Positions 38,809-49,165 are shown, counted from the first letter of the stretch. The stretch is 64,000 nucleotides of DNA from Candidatus Doudnabacteria bacterium (GCA_016186915.1 JACPKU010000006.1:80921-144920), one strand, 5' to 3'. Translations and numbers: made by a program. The notes: generated by a model from the sequence alone, not told the origin.

Positions 38809-40143
38809 ATGACTAGAACGCGACTATACCTTAAACTCGTGGTTATCATCCTGCTGGCAGCAGCAGCTTTTTATATTGTCCTGCCAATTGGCAGCAAAAT
38901 CAGCCTGAAACCAATTGGCATAAATTTTGAAAAACAATACGAGCTTAAGCTCGGATTGGATTTGCAGGGCGGAACCCACCTTGTTTACGAAGGAGATTTA
39001 AAAGGTATTCCTGAAGATGCTCGGACCGAGGCCATGAGTTCAGCCAGAGATGTTATAGAACGCAGAGTTAACGCGTTTGGAGTTTCCGAGCCTTTAGTCC
39101 AAGTTTCCGGGCAAAATCGCTTAATCATTGAGCTTCCTGGGATTACCAATATTGACGCGGCGATTGACCAAATTGGTCAGACGCCGTTTATGGAATTTCG
39201 GGAAGAAAACCCGAATCCGAAGGCAGCGGAGATTAATGAGGACGGCGAAGTAGTTCTTGATGCAGCTGACGCTTTTTTAGCCACTGGCTTGACAGGCAAA
39301 GAATTTGAACGAGCCGCTTTGCAATTTCATCCAACATCGGGCCAGCCGCAAATATCATTACAGTTCAATTCCGAAGGCACGAAAAAATTTGCCGAGATTA
39401 CCCAGCGCAATGTCAATAAACGAGTGGCAATTTTTCTCGACGGCGCGATCCTTTCCGCGCCGGTGGTCCAGAGCGCCATTACGAACGGGGAAGCGGTGAT
39501 TACCGGACAATTCACCGTCAACGAAGCAAAAGAACTGGTTACCAGACTTAACTCCGGCGCTCTGCCGGTTCCTATCAAATTAATCCAACAGCAAAACGTG
39601 GGTGCAAGTTTGGGCCAATCCTCAATTGATCACAGTTTAACCGCGGGCATAATTGGCATGGTTTTGATTGCGTTGTTTATGATGGTCTATTATCGGCTTC
39701 CTGGGTTGCTGGCCACAGCCGCTTTGATTATCTACGCGGCCTTGACTCTGGCAGTATTTAAGATTTTAGGAGTGACCTTGAGTTTGGCTGGTATCGCGGG
39801 GTTCATTCTTTCGATTGGCATGGCGGTGGATGCGAACATTTTGATTTTTGAGCGCCTGAAAGAAGAATTAAAGCGCGGCAAAAGCTTGGACCGGGCAGTG
39901 GAGGAAGGGTTTGATCGAGCTTGGCTTTCAATTCGCGATTCAAATTTTTCCAGTTTGATCACGACTTTTATTCTGGGTTACTTTGGCACCAGCATTATCC
40001 GCGGGTTTGCCATTACACTAAGCATCGGTATATTGGTTTCAATGTTTACGGCGATTATTTTGAGCAGAACTTTTTTGAGAATTTTGGTCAGGTTTAACAG
40101 CTTTTCTAACCAAAGGCTTTATGGAGTGAAACGCCATGCTTAA
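38809..40143 (+). CDS. secD: protein translocase subunit SecD
   Basis: LGLDLQGGTHLVYE motif, periplasmic domain, C-terminal 6 TM. Confidence 0.9.
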   Translation: MTRTRLYLKLVVIILLAAAAFYIVLPIGSKISLKPIGINFEKQYELKLGLDLQGGTHLVYEGDLKGIPEDARTEAMSSARDVIERRVNAFGVSEPLVQVSGQNRLIIELPGITNIDAAIDQIGQTPFMEFREENPNPKAAEINEDGEVVLDAADAFLATGLTGKEFERAALQFHPTSGQPQISLQFNSEGTKKFAEITQRNVNKRVAIFLDGAILSAPVVQSAITNGEAVITGQFTVNEAKELVTRLNSGALPVPIKLIQQQNVGASLGQSSIDHSLTAGIIGMVLIALFMMVYYRLPGLLATAALIIYAALTLAVFKILGVTLSLAGIAGFILSIGMAVDANILIFERLKEELKRGKSLDRAVEEGFDRAWLSIRDSNFSSLITTFILGYFGTSIIRGFAITLSIGILVSMFTAIILSRTFLRILVRFNSFSNQRLYGVKRHA

Positions 40144-41035
40144 CGTTACCAAACATTACAAGTCGTGGTTCGTTTTTTCCGCAATACTGCTTGTCGCAGC
40201 CATTGTGTTCTTGTTCGTGTTTGGCCTCAACGCCGGAATCGATTTTAGGGGAGGAACGCTGAGTGAAATTATATTTAGCGCCGACCGCCCTGAGATTGCC
40301 GCAATCAGATCGGCCTTGATCGGCGCGGGTTTTGCCGACAGTGTGGTTCAGCCAACCGGCGAACAATCCATAATTGTCCGCACCGGCCCGCAAGAAAAAG
40401 CACAGCACGACCAACTGCTGTCAACCATCAGAGAAGCTTTTGGTGAAATAACGGAACAGCAGTTTACTTCAATTGGCCCAGTGATCGGCAAAGAGCTTCG
40501 CCAAAAGGCTTTCTGGCAACTGTTTTTGGTGGTCTTCGGAATTGTTCTTTATATCACTTATGTCTTTCGCAAGGTCAGCCGGCCGGTTTCGTCTTTTAAA
40601 TTCGGCTTAACTGCAATCATAGCTTTAATCCACGATTTGTTGATTGTGGTGGGCGTGTTTGCTCTTTTAGGAAAATTTTTCGGGGTTGAAATTGACAGCT
40701 TGTTCGTCACAGCTCTTTTGACTGTGCTCGGTTTCTCGGTTCACGATACAATCGTGGTGTTTGATCGAATTCGAGAGAACTTGCGCTTGAGGCCCGGCCA
40801 AGATTTGGGAGAGATAATCGATGACAGCGTCAACCAAACGCTGGTGCGTTCAATCAACACCAGCATGACAGTGGTATTCGTTTTGACCGCCTTGTTGCTT
40901 TTCGGAGGCGAGACGATTTTCTATTTTGTCTTGGCGCTGTTAATCGGCATTCTTGCCGGAACGTATTCTTCCGTGTTTATAGCGGCACCCATGCTCCTGG
41001 TTTGGCACAAATGGAGTTTAAGGAGAAAGACTTGA
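40136..41035 (+). CDS. secF: protein translocase subunit SecF
   Basis: GIDFRGGTLSEI motif; overlaps secD by 8 nt. Confidence 0.9.
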   Translation: MLNVTKHYKSWFVFSAILLVAAIVFLFVFGLNAGIDFRGGTLSEIIFSADRPEIAAIRSALIGAGFADSVVQPTGEQSIIVRTGPQEKAQHDQLLSTIREAFGEITEQQFTSIGPVIGKELRQKAFWQLFLVVFGIVLYITYVFRKVSRPVSSFKFGLTAIIALIHDLLIVVGVFALLGKFFGVEIDSLFVTALLTVLGFSVHDTIVVFDRIRENLRLRPGQDLGEIIDDSVNQTLVRSINTSMTVVFVLTALLLFGGETIFYFVLALLIGILAGTYSSVFIAAPMLLVWHKWSLRRKT

Positions 41036-41041
41036 TAAAAT

Positions 41042-41067
41042 CCGCCTTTGGTCAGGCGGATTTTTTG
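41042..41067 (+). terminator. rho-independent terminator
   Basis: tccgcctttggtcaggcgga + tttttt. Confidence 0.8.
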
Positions 41068-41274
41068 TATATTTTCTCTTTTGCTTGACTTTATTTAGGA
41101 TTTATGCTATACTTTGGCAGTAAAAAAATATGCCTGTTAGTAGAAACTTGAAAGTTGCTTTGCCAGAGCAAAACAACTGTAGTCAATTGCAACCTTCGCT
41201 GATTGCTACCAGCATAAATCGATCTGATAAAAATAAGAAAATCATTAACTTTAATCAAATTTTCACTACCCGGT

Positions 41275-42411
41275 ATGCAAGGTGAAACGACACAAAATCT
41301 GGAACAGAACAGCGCTCATGGCATTCTGGATACAATCAAGGGAGCGCAAACTCAAAGCGGGATAAGCAGCTTCGAACCCATCCGCTTGTTAAACTCTCTG
41401 ATCAGTTTGCTTAAAGAAAGAGATCAAAATATTGTTAGGTGCCGGTTTGGTCTTAATGGCAACAAGGTTGAAACTTTAGAATCAATCGGCAAAAAGTACA
41501 ACCTGACGCGGGAGCGCGTTAGACAGATCGAAAAAGACTCGCTTAAATTTTTAAGGCTTAAAAAATTACCGGAATTAGAATCGGCTCTGCAATTGGTATT
41601 TGATAGTATAGTCGAACACGGCAATATCATCGCGGGAGACTACTTGATCCAAACCTTGTTGGTCAATCAGGGCAATTATCAAGAGGAACAGGCTGTTCGC
41701 TTTCTGCTTACTCTCGGTGACCAGTTCAAATTTTTGAAGGAGACGCCGAATTATCATTCTGCTTGGTGCGTCGTAGGATTTGATCCAGAAAGATTGAATC
41801 AGGTCACCCAACAATTTATTGATATCTTGAAGAACGAGGGCCACGTTTTGAAACAAAGCCTATTTTACGGCAAATTTAAAGGCTCTGATTACTATCAACA
41901 GCAGGGTTCGTTTCTGTCGGATAAGGTCTTGGAGAGTTATCTTAATTTAACAAAAGCAATTCGGCTTAACCCGTTCGGGGAAATCGGACTAAAGGACTGG
42001 GTCGAGGTTAAGCCTCGGGACGTGGGGGACAAAGCGTGTCTGGTGCTTAAACACCATGGAAAACCCGAGCACTATTCAGTGATTACCCAGATGATTAACA
42101 ACCACAAGTTTGATAATCGCGTGGCTTACAAAGAGACTGTGCATAACGAACTGATCAAAGACAACCGTTTTGTTTTGGTGGGGAGAGGAATTTATGCGCT
42201 TTCCGAATGGGGATACAAAAAAGGCGTGGTGGCGGACGTGATTAAGGAAATCCTGCGCTCGGCAAACAAGCCGTTGAGCCGCGATGAAATAGTGGAAGAA
42301 GTGCTCAAGAAGCGGCAGGTGAAGCGCAACACCATTTTGGTCGGTCTTTCCAACAAGAAATATTTTCAAAAACACGACCGGGACAGATATACTTTAGCGA
42401 CAGCGCAATAA
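41275..42411 (+). CDS. sigma-70 region-4-like HTH plus tandem HARE-HTH domain protein
   Basis: LTRERVRQIEKDSL (sigma70 r4 HTH); two C-terminal segments ending ...RFVLVGRGIYALSEWG resembling RpoE-delta HARE-HTH. Confidence 0.5.
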   Translation: MQGETTQNLEQNSAHGILDTIKGAQTQSGISSFEPIRLLNSLISLLKERDQNIVRCRFGLNGNKVETLESIGKKYNLTRERVRQIEKDSLKFLRLKKLPELESALQLVFDSIVEHGNIIAGDYLIQTLLVNQGNYQEEQAVRFLLTLGDQFKFLKETPNYHSAWCVVGFDPERLNQVTQQFIDILKNEGHVLKQSLFYGKFKGSDYYQQQGSFLSDKVLESYLNLTKAIRLNPFGEIGLKDWVEVKPRDVGDKACLVLKHHGKPEHYSVITQMINNHKFDNRVAYKETVHNELIKDNRFVLVGRGIYALSEWGYKKGVVADVIKEILRSANKPLSRDEIVEEVLKKRQVKRNTILVGLSNKKYFQKHDRDRYTLATAQ

Positions 42412-42420
42412 AAACAAACA

Positions 42421-43740
42421 ATGCTTGAACTCTTGAATGAATTTATAATATTGGCCGTGGACGGGTTATTGGCGACACCACCGGGTATGGTTGTTTTGGT
42501 CAGTCTTTTGGTCTGGATGATTTACACGGTCAGAATAAAAAGGAAGCAGAAAGAGTATGAGGCCGCGGTAGAGACAATGGTTTTGGAAGTTAAGGTGGAG
42601 GAGTTGAATGAACGATCGCCTTTGGCCATGGAGCAGATTTTCGCCGCGTTGCACGCGATTCATCAAAATTTTACTTGGGGGGAAAAATTTATCGGGAGAG
42701 TGGTGCTGACTTTTTCCTGCGAGTTGGTCAGTATCGGGGGGCAGGTCTCATATATTTTTAGGATCCCGACCAGATACAGAAACCTTTTGGAAAGCGCGAT
42801 TTTTGCGCAATTCCCCAAGGCGGAGATTTTTCAAGTGGAAGATTATCTAAAAAACATTGAGAAGATTTACCACCCGGAAAAAGTCGAGTATGATTTTTGG
42901 GGGACGCAGTGGCTGAAGAAAAAAGACAACGCTTATCCCATCCGGACTTACGAAGGGTTTCAGCATCCGGAGCAGAAAACTTTTATTGATCCACTGTCGA
43001 ACGTGATTGAAGCTTTGAGTAATTTGGAACCGCATGAACTAATGGCTTATCAGCTGGTGCTAAAGCCGGTTGACGACGAGTGGAAAGAAGGAGTTAAGAA
43101 ATTATTAGATAAATTAAAAGGCGCACCTAAGGAAAAAGGACATAATTTTTTTGATAATACTTTTATGGCTTTTTTGGGAGTAATCATCGACGCAATCTAC
43201 AAAGCATTTTTTGAACAGGGTGCAGAGGAAAAGAAAAGACCTCCCGCCCCGAAAGATGAGCCGCCCAGCCAGATGCTCCACAAGACCGAAGGAGAGAAGC
43301 AGATCATAGCCGCGATTGAACACACTCTGTCAAAAATCGGCTACGCTGTAAAAGTCCGGACCCTCTATCTTGGACCCAAAGACAAGCTTAATAAAGCCAC
43401 GAGAATTCCAGAGATCGTAGGGGCGCTTAGAAATTTTGACGACGTTAATCTCAACGGGATTAAGCCGGATGTCAAGGGCACGTGGACTGAGCCGGCCTTC
43501 AAGATTTCGGAAAAATTAGAACAGCGGCTTACGGAATTTAGAAAGCTTGGGAGAAAGCGAAAATTTTTATTTAATTTTATTGGGCGCAGCAATTGGCGTG
43601 GCACGGGCTACACGATTATGAACACTGAAGAGCTGGCCACGATTTACCATTTCCCGCAAGCGCCAAATGTGCGCGTTTCTCAACTGGAAGTTGTCCAGAC
43701 CGTTAAATCAGCCCCGCCTCAGGATTTACCTATCGGATAA
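42421..43740 (+). CDS. hypothetical membrane-anchored protein, partner of coupling ATPase
   Basis: N-terminal TM (LATPPGMVVLVSLLVWMIYTV); 439 aa; stop 4 nt before next gene. Confidence 0.5.
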   Translation: MLELLNEFIILAVDGLLATPPGMVVLVSLLVWMIYTVRIKRKQKEYEAAVETMVLEVKVEELNERSPLAMEQIFAALHAIHQNFTWGEKFIGRVVLTFSCELVSIGGQVSYIFRIPTRYRNLLESAIFAQFPKAEIFQVEDYLKNIEKIYHPEKVEYDFWGTQWLKKKDNAYPIRTYEGFQHPEQKTFIDPLSNVIEALSNLEPHELMAYQLVLKPVDDEWKEGVKKLLDKLKGAPKEKGHNFFDNTFMAFLGVIIDAIYKAFFEQGAEEKKRPPAPKDEPPSQMLHKTEGEKQIIAAIEHTLSKIGYAVKVRTLYLGPKDKLNKATRIPEIVGALRNFDDVNLNGIKPDVKGTWTEPAFKISEKLEQRLTEFRKLGRKRKFLFNFIGRSNWRGTGYTIMNTEELATIYHFPQAPNVRVSQLEVVQTVKSAPPQDLPIG

Positions 43741-43744
43741 ATAT

Positions 43745-45418
43745 ATGGGACCAGTCAAAGACGACATAACTTTATTTGCCAAAACCAACTTCCGAAATAG
43801 AGATGTGCCTTTTGGCATCCTTAAAGACGACCGCAGAAGGCATATGTATATTGTCGGAAAAACCGGCATGGGCAAGACCACCATGATTGAGAACATGGTT
43901 ATTCAGGATATTCAGAATGGTCACGGGGTGGCTTTTGTGGATCCGCACGGCGATTCCGTGGAGAAAATTTTGCACTACATCCCTTCCAACCGCATTAATG
44001 ACGTGGTTTATTTCAACCCGGCGGATACGGATTACCCCATCGCCTTCAATCCGTTGGAAGCGGTGGATCCGAAATACAAGCATTTGGTGGCCGACGGACT
44101 GATGGGGGTGTTTACCAAGATTTGGGCCGGGGTTTGGAGTGCGAGAATGGAATACATCCTCAACAATACAATTCTGGCGCTATTGGATTCACCGGGCAAT
44201 ACCATGCTGGGGATTCCTAGAATGTATGTCAACAAGACCTATCGCAAGCGTATTGTGGACAATATCAAAGATCCCGTGGTCAAATCGTTCTGGGTGGATG
44301 AATTTGCTAATTATAATGATAAGTTTAGAAGCGAAGCAGTCTCGCCAATTCAGAACAAGGTCGGACAATTTGTGTCTTCGGCGATTATCCGCAACATCGT
44401 GGGACAAACCAAAAGCGCTATTGATTTGCGGGACATTATGGACAACAAGAAAATCTTTTTACTCAACCTTTCCAAAGGCAGAATCGGCGAGGACAGCTCG
44501 GCTTTGCTGGGGGCGATGATTATTACCAAACTGCAACTGGCGGCAATGAGCCGGGTGGATATACCTGAAGAGAGCCGGCAGGACTTTTATCTCTACGTGG
44601 ATGAATTCCAAAACTTCGCCACCCAATCGTTTGCCAATATCTTGTCTGAAGCCAGAAAGTATCGGTTGAATTTGATCGTGGCGCACCAATACATCGGTCA
44701 GCTGATTTCGGACAAAAGCACGGTTGTCCGCGACGCGATTTTCGGCAACGTCGGCACGATCATTACCTTTAGAGTCGGAGCGGAGGATGCCGAATTTTTG
44801 GAGAAGGAGTTTGAGCCGACTTACATGATGAATGATTTGGTCAACCTGACTAAATATAATATCTATCTCAAGTTGATGATCAACGGAGTGTCTTCCCATC
44901 CGTTTTCCGCCACCAGTATGCCGCCTCTGGGTGACCAGACCGACAGCGAAGAGAAAGTGATCACTGTTTCCCGCGAGCGCTATGCCAGCGACAAAAAAAC
45001 TGTGGAAGAGAAAATCAATAAGTGGATGGGCGCGGAGTTCCACTCGGAGGCCGCCAGGTCAGAAAGCGGCTCAATCGAGCAAGAAGAGACCAAAGAGACT
45101 TTGAGGTTTGAAGACAATCCCCAGGAACAAAAAGAACCAAGGCAGGAGCAGACGTTTGAGCCAAGAGGAGACAGAAGAAAGAAAAGAAAAAGAGACAGAA
45201 AACCGCACAGTGATCAGAACCAGGGCAAACCACAGGACAATCCCGTGTGGCAGACCGTGGAGAAAATATCGACAGAAAAAGTTCAGCAGGAAGTGGAAAA
45301 GGCTACTCAAGCTTTCTCCAGCTTGGGAGATTCTTTGGAAGAAAATCTTAAAAAGACCGAGCAACAAGACCAGCCAAACACAACAACCTTGAAACCCGGG
45401 GATAAGATTCAATTTTAG
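43745..45418 (+). CDS. TraD/TrwB/VirD4-like coupling-type P-loop ATPase with charged low-complexity tail
   Basis: RRHMYIVGKTGMGKTT Walker A, YLYVDEFQNF Walker B, AHQ motif; C-terminal QEQK/RRKKRKRDRK tail. Confidence 0.6.
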   Translation: MGPVKDDITLFAKTNFRNRDVPFGILKDDRRRHMYIVGKTGMGKTTMIENMVIQDIQNGHGVAFVDPHGDSVEKILHYIPSNRINDVVYFNPADTDYPIAFNPLEAVDPKYKHLVADGLMGVFTKIWAGVWSARMEYILNNTILALLDSPGNTMLGIPRMYVNKTYRKRIVDNIKDPVVKSFWVDEFANYNDKFRSEAVSPIQNKVGQFVSSAIIRNIVGQTKSAIDLRDIMDNKKIFLLNLSKGRIGEDSSALLGAMIITKLQLAAMSRVDIPEESRQDFYLYVDEFQNFATQSFANILSEARKYRLNLIVAHQYIGQLISDKSTVVRDAIFGNVGTIITFRVGAEDAEFLEKEFEPTYMMNDLVNLTKYNIYLKLMINGVSSHPFSATSMPPLGDQTDSEEKVITVSRERYASDKKTVEEKINKWMGAEFHSEAARSESGSIEQEETKETLRFEDNPQEQKEPRQEQTFEPRGDRRKKRKRDRKPHSDQNQGKPQDNPVWQTVEKISTEKVQQEVEKATQAFSSLGDSLEENLKKTEQQDQPNTTTLKPGDKIQF

Positions 45419-45463
45419 TTTGTGGATAAGTGAGTTTGTAGAAAAAGTAATAGACCAAAAAAA

Positions 45464-45485
45464 CCCAGTAAAACTGGGTTTTTTA
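45464..45485 (+). terminator. rho-independent terminator
   Basis: cccagtaaaactggg + ttttt. Confidence 0.75.
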
Positions 45486-45514
45486 GATAATACCAGTTTT
45501 ATGTAGAAAATTAT

Positions 45515-45542
45515 TTGACAAAAAATATGCAATATATATAAT
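45515..45542 (+). promoter_or_regulatory. sigma70-type promoter for TrmB-like regulator
   Basis: TTGACA -35, 16-nt spacer, TATAAT -10. Confidence 0.5.
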
Positions 45543-45564
45543 AAGTACGTAAAAAAAGATACTT

Positions 45565-46317
45565 ATGCAGACAGAAAATCTTTTAAGAGAATTTGGTTTA
45601 AACGAGAAAGAAATCGCAGTCTATTTGTGCTTAGTGGGCTTAGGCCCTTCTGCTGTGAGAAGCATTGCTCAAAAATCCGGCATAAATAGAGGTACTACTT
45701 ACGACATCCTTAGGTCTTTAAAAGAGCAAGGGTTGGTGAGTTTCAATAACAAACAAGCGCACCAATCCTTCGCGGCTGAGCCGCCGGAAAAAATCATTCA
45801 AGCGATTGATGAAAAAAAACGACAGCTTGGACGGCTAAAGATTGAGGCAGAAAAATCCCTGCCGGCATTAAAGTCAATTTTTGAAAAGTTTGGCGGCAAG
45901 CCTTTGGTGAGATATTACGAAGGGCCGGCGGGCGTTAAGCAGGTTTTGGAAGATGTGTTGCATACCATGCAGGATGCCAGCCACAAAACTTATTTTGTTT
46001 ATTCCTCGTCGAGCGTGGACCTGCGAAAAAAAATCTATAAAAAAATTCCAGATTTCAGCAAGCGGCGGATTAAGCTTAAGATTAACGTCAAAACTATTTC
46101 TTTGGGAAAGGGAGGAGCGCTGTCTGGCCTGGATGAGCGCAAATGTTTGAATGTGAAAGGAGCATTGCCAAATGCCACGCATGAAATAATCTACGATGGG
46201 AAAATCGCGTTTATAAGTTTAAATAACAGCGGCGAACCAGTCGCGGTGATTGTGGCGAATAGCGAGATTTACAAAATGCAAAAAATGATTTTCGAATCTA
46301 ATTGGGAGCGACTTTAG
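45565..46317 (+). CDS. TrmB-family transcriptional regulator
   Basis: N-terminal LNEKEIAVYLCLVGLGPSAVRSIAQKSGINRGTTYDILRSLKEQGLV matches TrmB HTH. Confidence 0.6.
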   Translation: MQTENLLREFGLNEKEIAVYLCLVGLGPSAVRSIAQKSGINRGTTYDILRSLKEQGLVSFNNKQAHQSFAAEPPEKIIQAIDEKKRQLGRLKIEAEKSLPALKSIFEKFGGKPLVRYYEGPAGVKQVLEDVLHTMQDASHKTYFVYSSSSVDLRKKIYKKIPDFSKRRIKLKINVKTISLGKGGALSGLDERKCLNVKGALPNATHEIIYDGKIAFISLNNSGEPVAVIVANSEIYKMQKMIFESNWERL

Positions 46318-46695
46318 CTCGCAGTAAGTTTCGTGCATCTTTTCGCTGAAGGAGGACAACGTGGTAGAGCAACGTTGGCAAAGCGATCCGGACACTAGGC
46401 AGATCGTAGAGCTAATCGTTCACTATCGGCGTGCTTGTCGAATTGTCGTCGGTACTCCCCATCTTGGAGGAGATGATTTGGGAACAACAGGCGAGTTGGT
46501 GGAGCTTCTGGCCCGAGCAGAAGCATTTGAATCACCGTGGGAAGAACTCGCCGACGTCCGAACACGGCAACTAGTGCAACAACATCTCGTCACATGGTTG
46601 TCTCGAAGGTCCAGGCGACACGCAACCGCGTGAGAAGACGGGGAGGAGTTGTTATCCACACAGGCACAACTCCTCCCAGTATTTTAATTATAAAT

Positions 46696-47433
46696 ATGAA
46701 TTTACAAACAATCATTTTAGCGGCCGGCAAAGGGACAAGGATGGGGGACGAAAATACTCCCAAGGTTTTGTTTAAGTTGAGCGGCAAGCCGATGATTCGG
46801 TTTGTGGTCAATGAAGTGGAAAAGTTGAATCTGAGCTTAAAGCCGATTTTCGTAGTCGGTCATAAGTATGATTTAGTTCAGAAGGAGCTGGGTTCTAGTT
46901 ATGTTTATGCTTTTCAAGAAGGACAGCTGGGCACGGCTCATGCTGTAGACGCGGCGAAAGGATTCTCTTTGGGCACAGATGTTTTGGTTCTCTACGGCGA
47001 CATGCCTTTCGTCAAAACAGACAGCCTTAAAAAATTAATGAAGCTGCATGAGCAGAGCCGGCCTGTAGTGAGTATGTTTACTACAACAGTTGATTCGTTT
47101 GAGGGTCAATGGCAGAGCTTGCAAGGCTTTGGCCGGATCATTCGGAATGACAAAAATGAAATCAGCAGTATCAGGGAGTTTAAGGATGCTTCTGAGAACG
47201 AACGCATGATCAAAGAAGTCAACCCCGGCATTTACATATTTAAAGCTGACTGGCTGTGGCAAAATATTGATAAGATACAGAACAATAACGCCCAAAAAGA
47301 ATATTACCTGACGGATTTGATTCAACTGGCCAGTGAACAAGGGCTGGTGATTAAATCCGTGCAAATTGACCCGCGCGAAGTTTTCGGGATAAACACGAAA
47401 GAACAGCTAGTGCTTGCACGACAGTTGGTTTAG
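46696..47433 (+). CDS. sugar-phosphate nucleotidyltransferase (GlmU N-terminal domain-like)
   Basis: IILAAGKGTRM G-loop; ATG 46696 inside track ORF 46537..47433, whose upstream part is a GC-rich leader. Confidence 0.7.
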   Translation: MNLQTIILAAGKGTRMGDENTPKVLFKLSGKPMIRFVVNEVEKLNLSLKPIFVVGHKYDLVQKELGSSYVYAFQEGQLGTAHAVDAAKGFSLGTDVLVLYGDMPFVKTDSLKKLMKLHEQSRPVVSMFTTTVDSFEGQWQSLQGFGRIIRNDKNEISSIREFKDASENERMIKEVNPGIYIFKADWLWQNIDKIQNNNAQKEYYLTDLIQLASEQGLVIKSVQIDPREVFGINTKEQLVLARQLV

Positions 47434-47481
47434 CCTGATCCAAAATTGTTTGGCTGGCGGTTTTTTGATATACTTTCAGGC

Positions 47482-48579
47482 ATGGTTGAGAAACACAATG
47501 AGAAAAAAACCGTTGTGGTTGGTATGAGCGGTGGGGTTGATTCTTCCGTCACTGCAGCTTTGCTCAAAAAGCAAGGCTTTGATGTCGTAGGCGTGTTTAT
47601 GAAAAATTGGAGCAAGGACGTAGGAGATTATGGTTGTACTTGGGCGGAAGATTCCGAGGATGCGCGCAAGGTAGCCCATGTTTTGAAAATCCCTTTTTAC
47701 GTCTGGGATTTTGAAAAAGAATACCATGACCGCGTGGTGAAATATTTTTTGCGCGAATATCGTGCGGGCAGGACACCCAATCCAGATGTAATGTGCAACA
47801 GCCAGATTAAGTTTAAGTTGTTTTTGGAAAAAACATTGAAGCTGGGCGCGGAGTTTGTGGCTACCGGGCATTATGCCAGGGTCACGGATCATGGATCACA
47901 TAACGCATATCATTTGCTCAAAGGCGTAGATCCGGCCAAGGATCAAAGTTATTTTTTATACACTCTGACGCAAAAGCAATTAAGCAAAGTCTTGTTTCCC
48001 ATCGGCGGATACCAGAAAACCGAAATTAGAAAGCTGGCGAAGAAGTTTAAGCTTCCCAATTTTGCCAAAAGAGATTCGCAGGGAATTTGTTTTATTGGTA
48101 AAATCGATGTTACTGATTTTTTGAAAACGAATATTAAAGCAAAAAAAGGGGAGATTGTAAGCACCAACGGAGAGGTTTTAGGACAGCATGACGGCCTGCC
48201 GTTTTACACCATTGGTCAGCGCAGCGGTCTGAAGGTCGGAGGGAATGGTCCGTATTATGTGGTTAGTAAAATGAAACGGAAGAATCAGCTGATCGTGACC
48301 AATAGTCCAAATGACAAGGAACTTTGGAAAAAAGAATTCGAGATTAAAAATGTTACCTGGACTGCTGACCCGCCCAGGTTGCCGCTCAATGCTGGCGTGG
48401 TGATTCGGTACCATCATCCGGCGTTTAGAGCACGTATCACGTATCACGTATCACGGAACAAAAAAAATCTTAAGATAAAATTTAATCAACCACAGAGAGC
48501 GATCACAGAAGGGCAGTCAGCTGTGATCTACCAAGACCAGAAGATTTTGGGCGGGGGAGTGATTGATAAGATTTTTTGA
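47482..48579 (+). CDS. mnmA: tRNA-specific 2-thiouridylase MnmA
   Basis: VVGMSGGVDSSV PP-loop, catalytic Cys in PNPDVMCNSQ and GICFIG. Confidence 0.9.
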   Translation: MVEKHNEKKTVVVGMSGGVDSSVTAALLKKQGFDVVGVFMKNWSKDVGDYGCTWAEDSEDARKVAHVLKIPFYVWDFEKEYHDRVVKYFLREYRAGRTPNPDVMCNSQIKFKLFLEKTLKLGAEFVATGHYARVTDHGSHNAYHLLKGVDPAKDQSYFLYTLTQKQLSKVLFPIGGYQKTEIRKLAKKFKLPNFAKRDSQGICFIGKIDVTDFLKTNIKAKKGEIVSTNGEVLGQHDGLPFYTIGQRSGLKVGGNGPYYVVSKMKRKNQLIVTNSPNDKELWKKEFEIKNVTWTADPPRLPLNAGVVIRYHHPAFRARITYHVSRNKKNLKIKFNQPQRAITEGQSAVIYQDQKILGGGVIDKIF

Positions 48580-48584
48580 TTCGT

Positions 48585-48618
48585 GTTTATAATTTCTACG
48601 ATCGTAGAAATTATAAAC
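48585..48618. repeat. 34-nt perfect palindrome gtttataatttctacgatcgtagaaattataaac (copy 2 of palindromic element); likely bidirectional terminator
   Basis: Between convergent mnmA and 48707..49165(-). Confidence 0.8.
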
Positions 48619-48706
48619 AGCGGGAGATGAGAATGAAGATGAGAATAAAAAAGAGGAGCGGACGAGGGTTCGTACGCTCCGGATGCGAGGCCGGGGCCGG
48701 CCAGAA

Positions 48707-49165
48707 TTAGAGAAACAGCGAGTCGCCACCCTGGTCAGGATCCAGTTCGTCCGGCCAACAGGACGGTTCGCCGTAATGCATGGTCTCGTCGTCCCAGTCG
48801 GGTTCTTCCGGACAGCGAAAGAACGCACTGATCTGGTGGGTCGTAGCTTTGAGTTCGAGCGGCTGTCCAGCTCCGAGGTCGAGAAAGAAGACGACCTCTG
48901 GGTCCGGGGTTGCCGAGCAGACTCTCAGATCAAACCGGTAGATGTCGGCGGGCAACTTACTGCAGTTTTCGGCAAACGGCCGTTCAAAGCAATCATGTCC
49001 TCGCCGAACCAAGACCAGGTGCAGAGTGGTTTCGTCCGGGCGGGGACTGGGTGTCTGCTTGACGAAGACCGCGGCTTTTGGGCGAAGCGCGATGTCGCCA
49101 TCAAATTCCAAATACGGGACCAACAGCACAGACATGGGCATAGGCCTACTCCATCCTCTTTTCAT
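48707..49165 (-). CDS. hypothetical protein (GC-rich islet)
   Basis: 152 aa with diverse composition; convergent with mnmA across the palindromic terminator; overlapping plus-strand ORF 48683..49171 is the alternative. Confidence 0.35.
   Translation of the reverse strand: MKRGWSRPMPMSVLLVPYLEFDGDIALRPKAAVFVKQTPSPRPDETTLHLVLVRRGHDCFERPFAENCSKLPADIYRFDLRVCSATPDPEVVFFLDLGAGQPLELKATTHQISAFFRCPEEPDWDDETMHYGEPSCWPDELDPDQGGDSLFL

Noticed and set aside
44459-45532. Minus-strand ORFs 44459..45043 and 45071..45532
   Set aside because: Antisense to the coupling-ATPase gene and its charged tail.
48423-48443. 3 x 7-bp tandem repeat (cgtatca) inside mnmA
   Set aside because: 21 bp total keeps the frame (ARITYHVSR); benign in-frame insertion in a variable loop. 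Possible slippage site but not a feature by itself.
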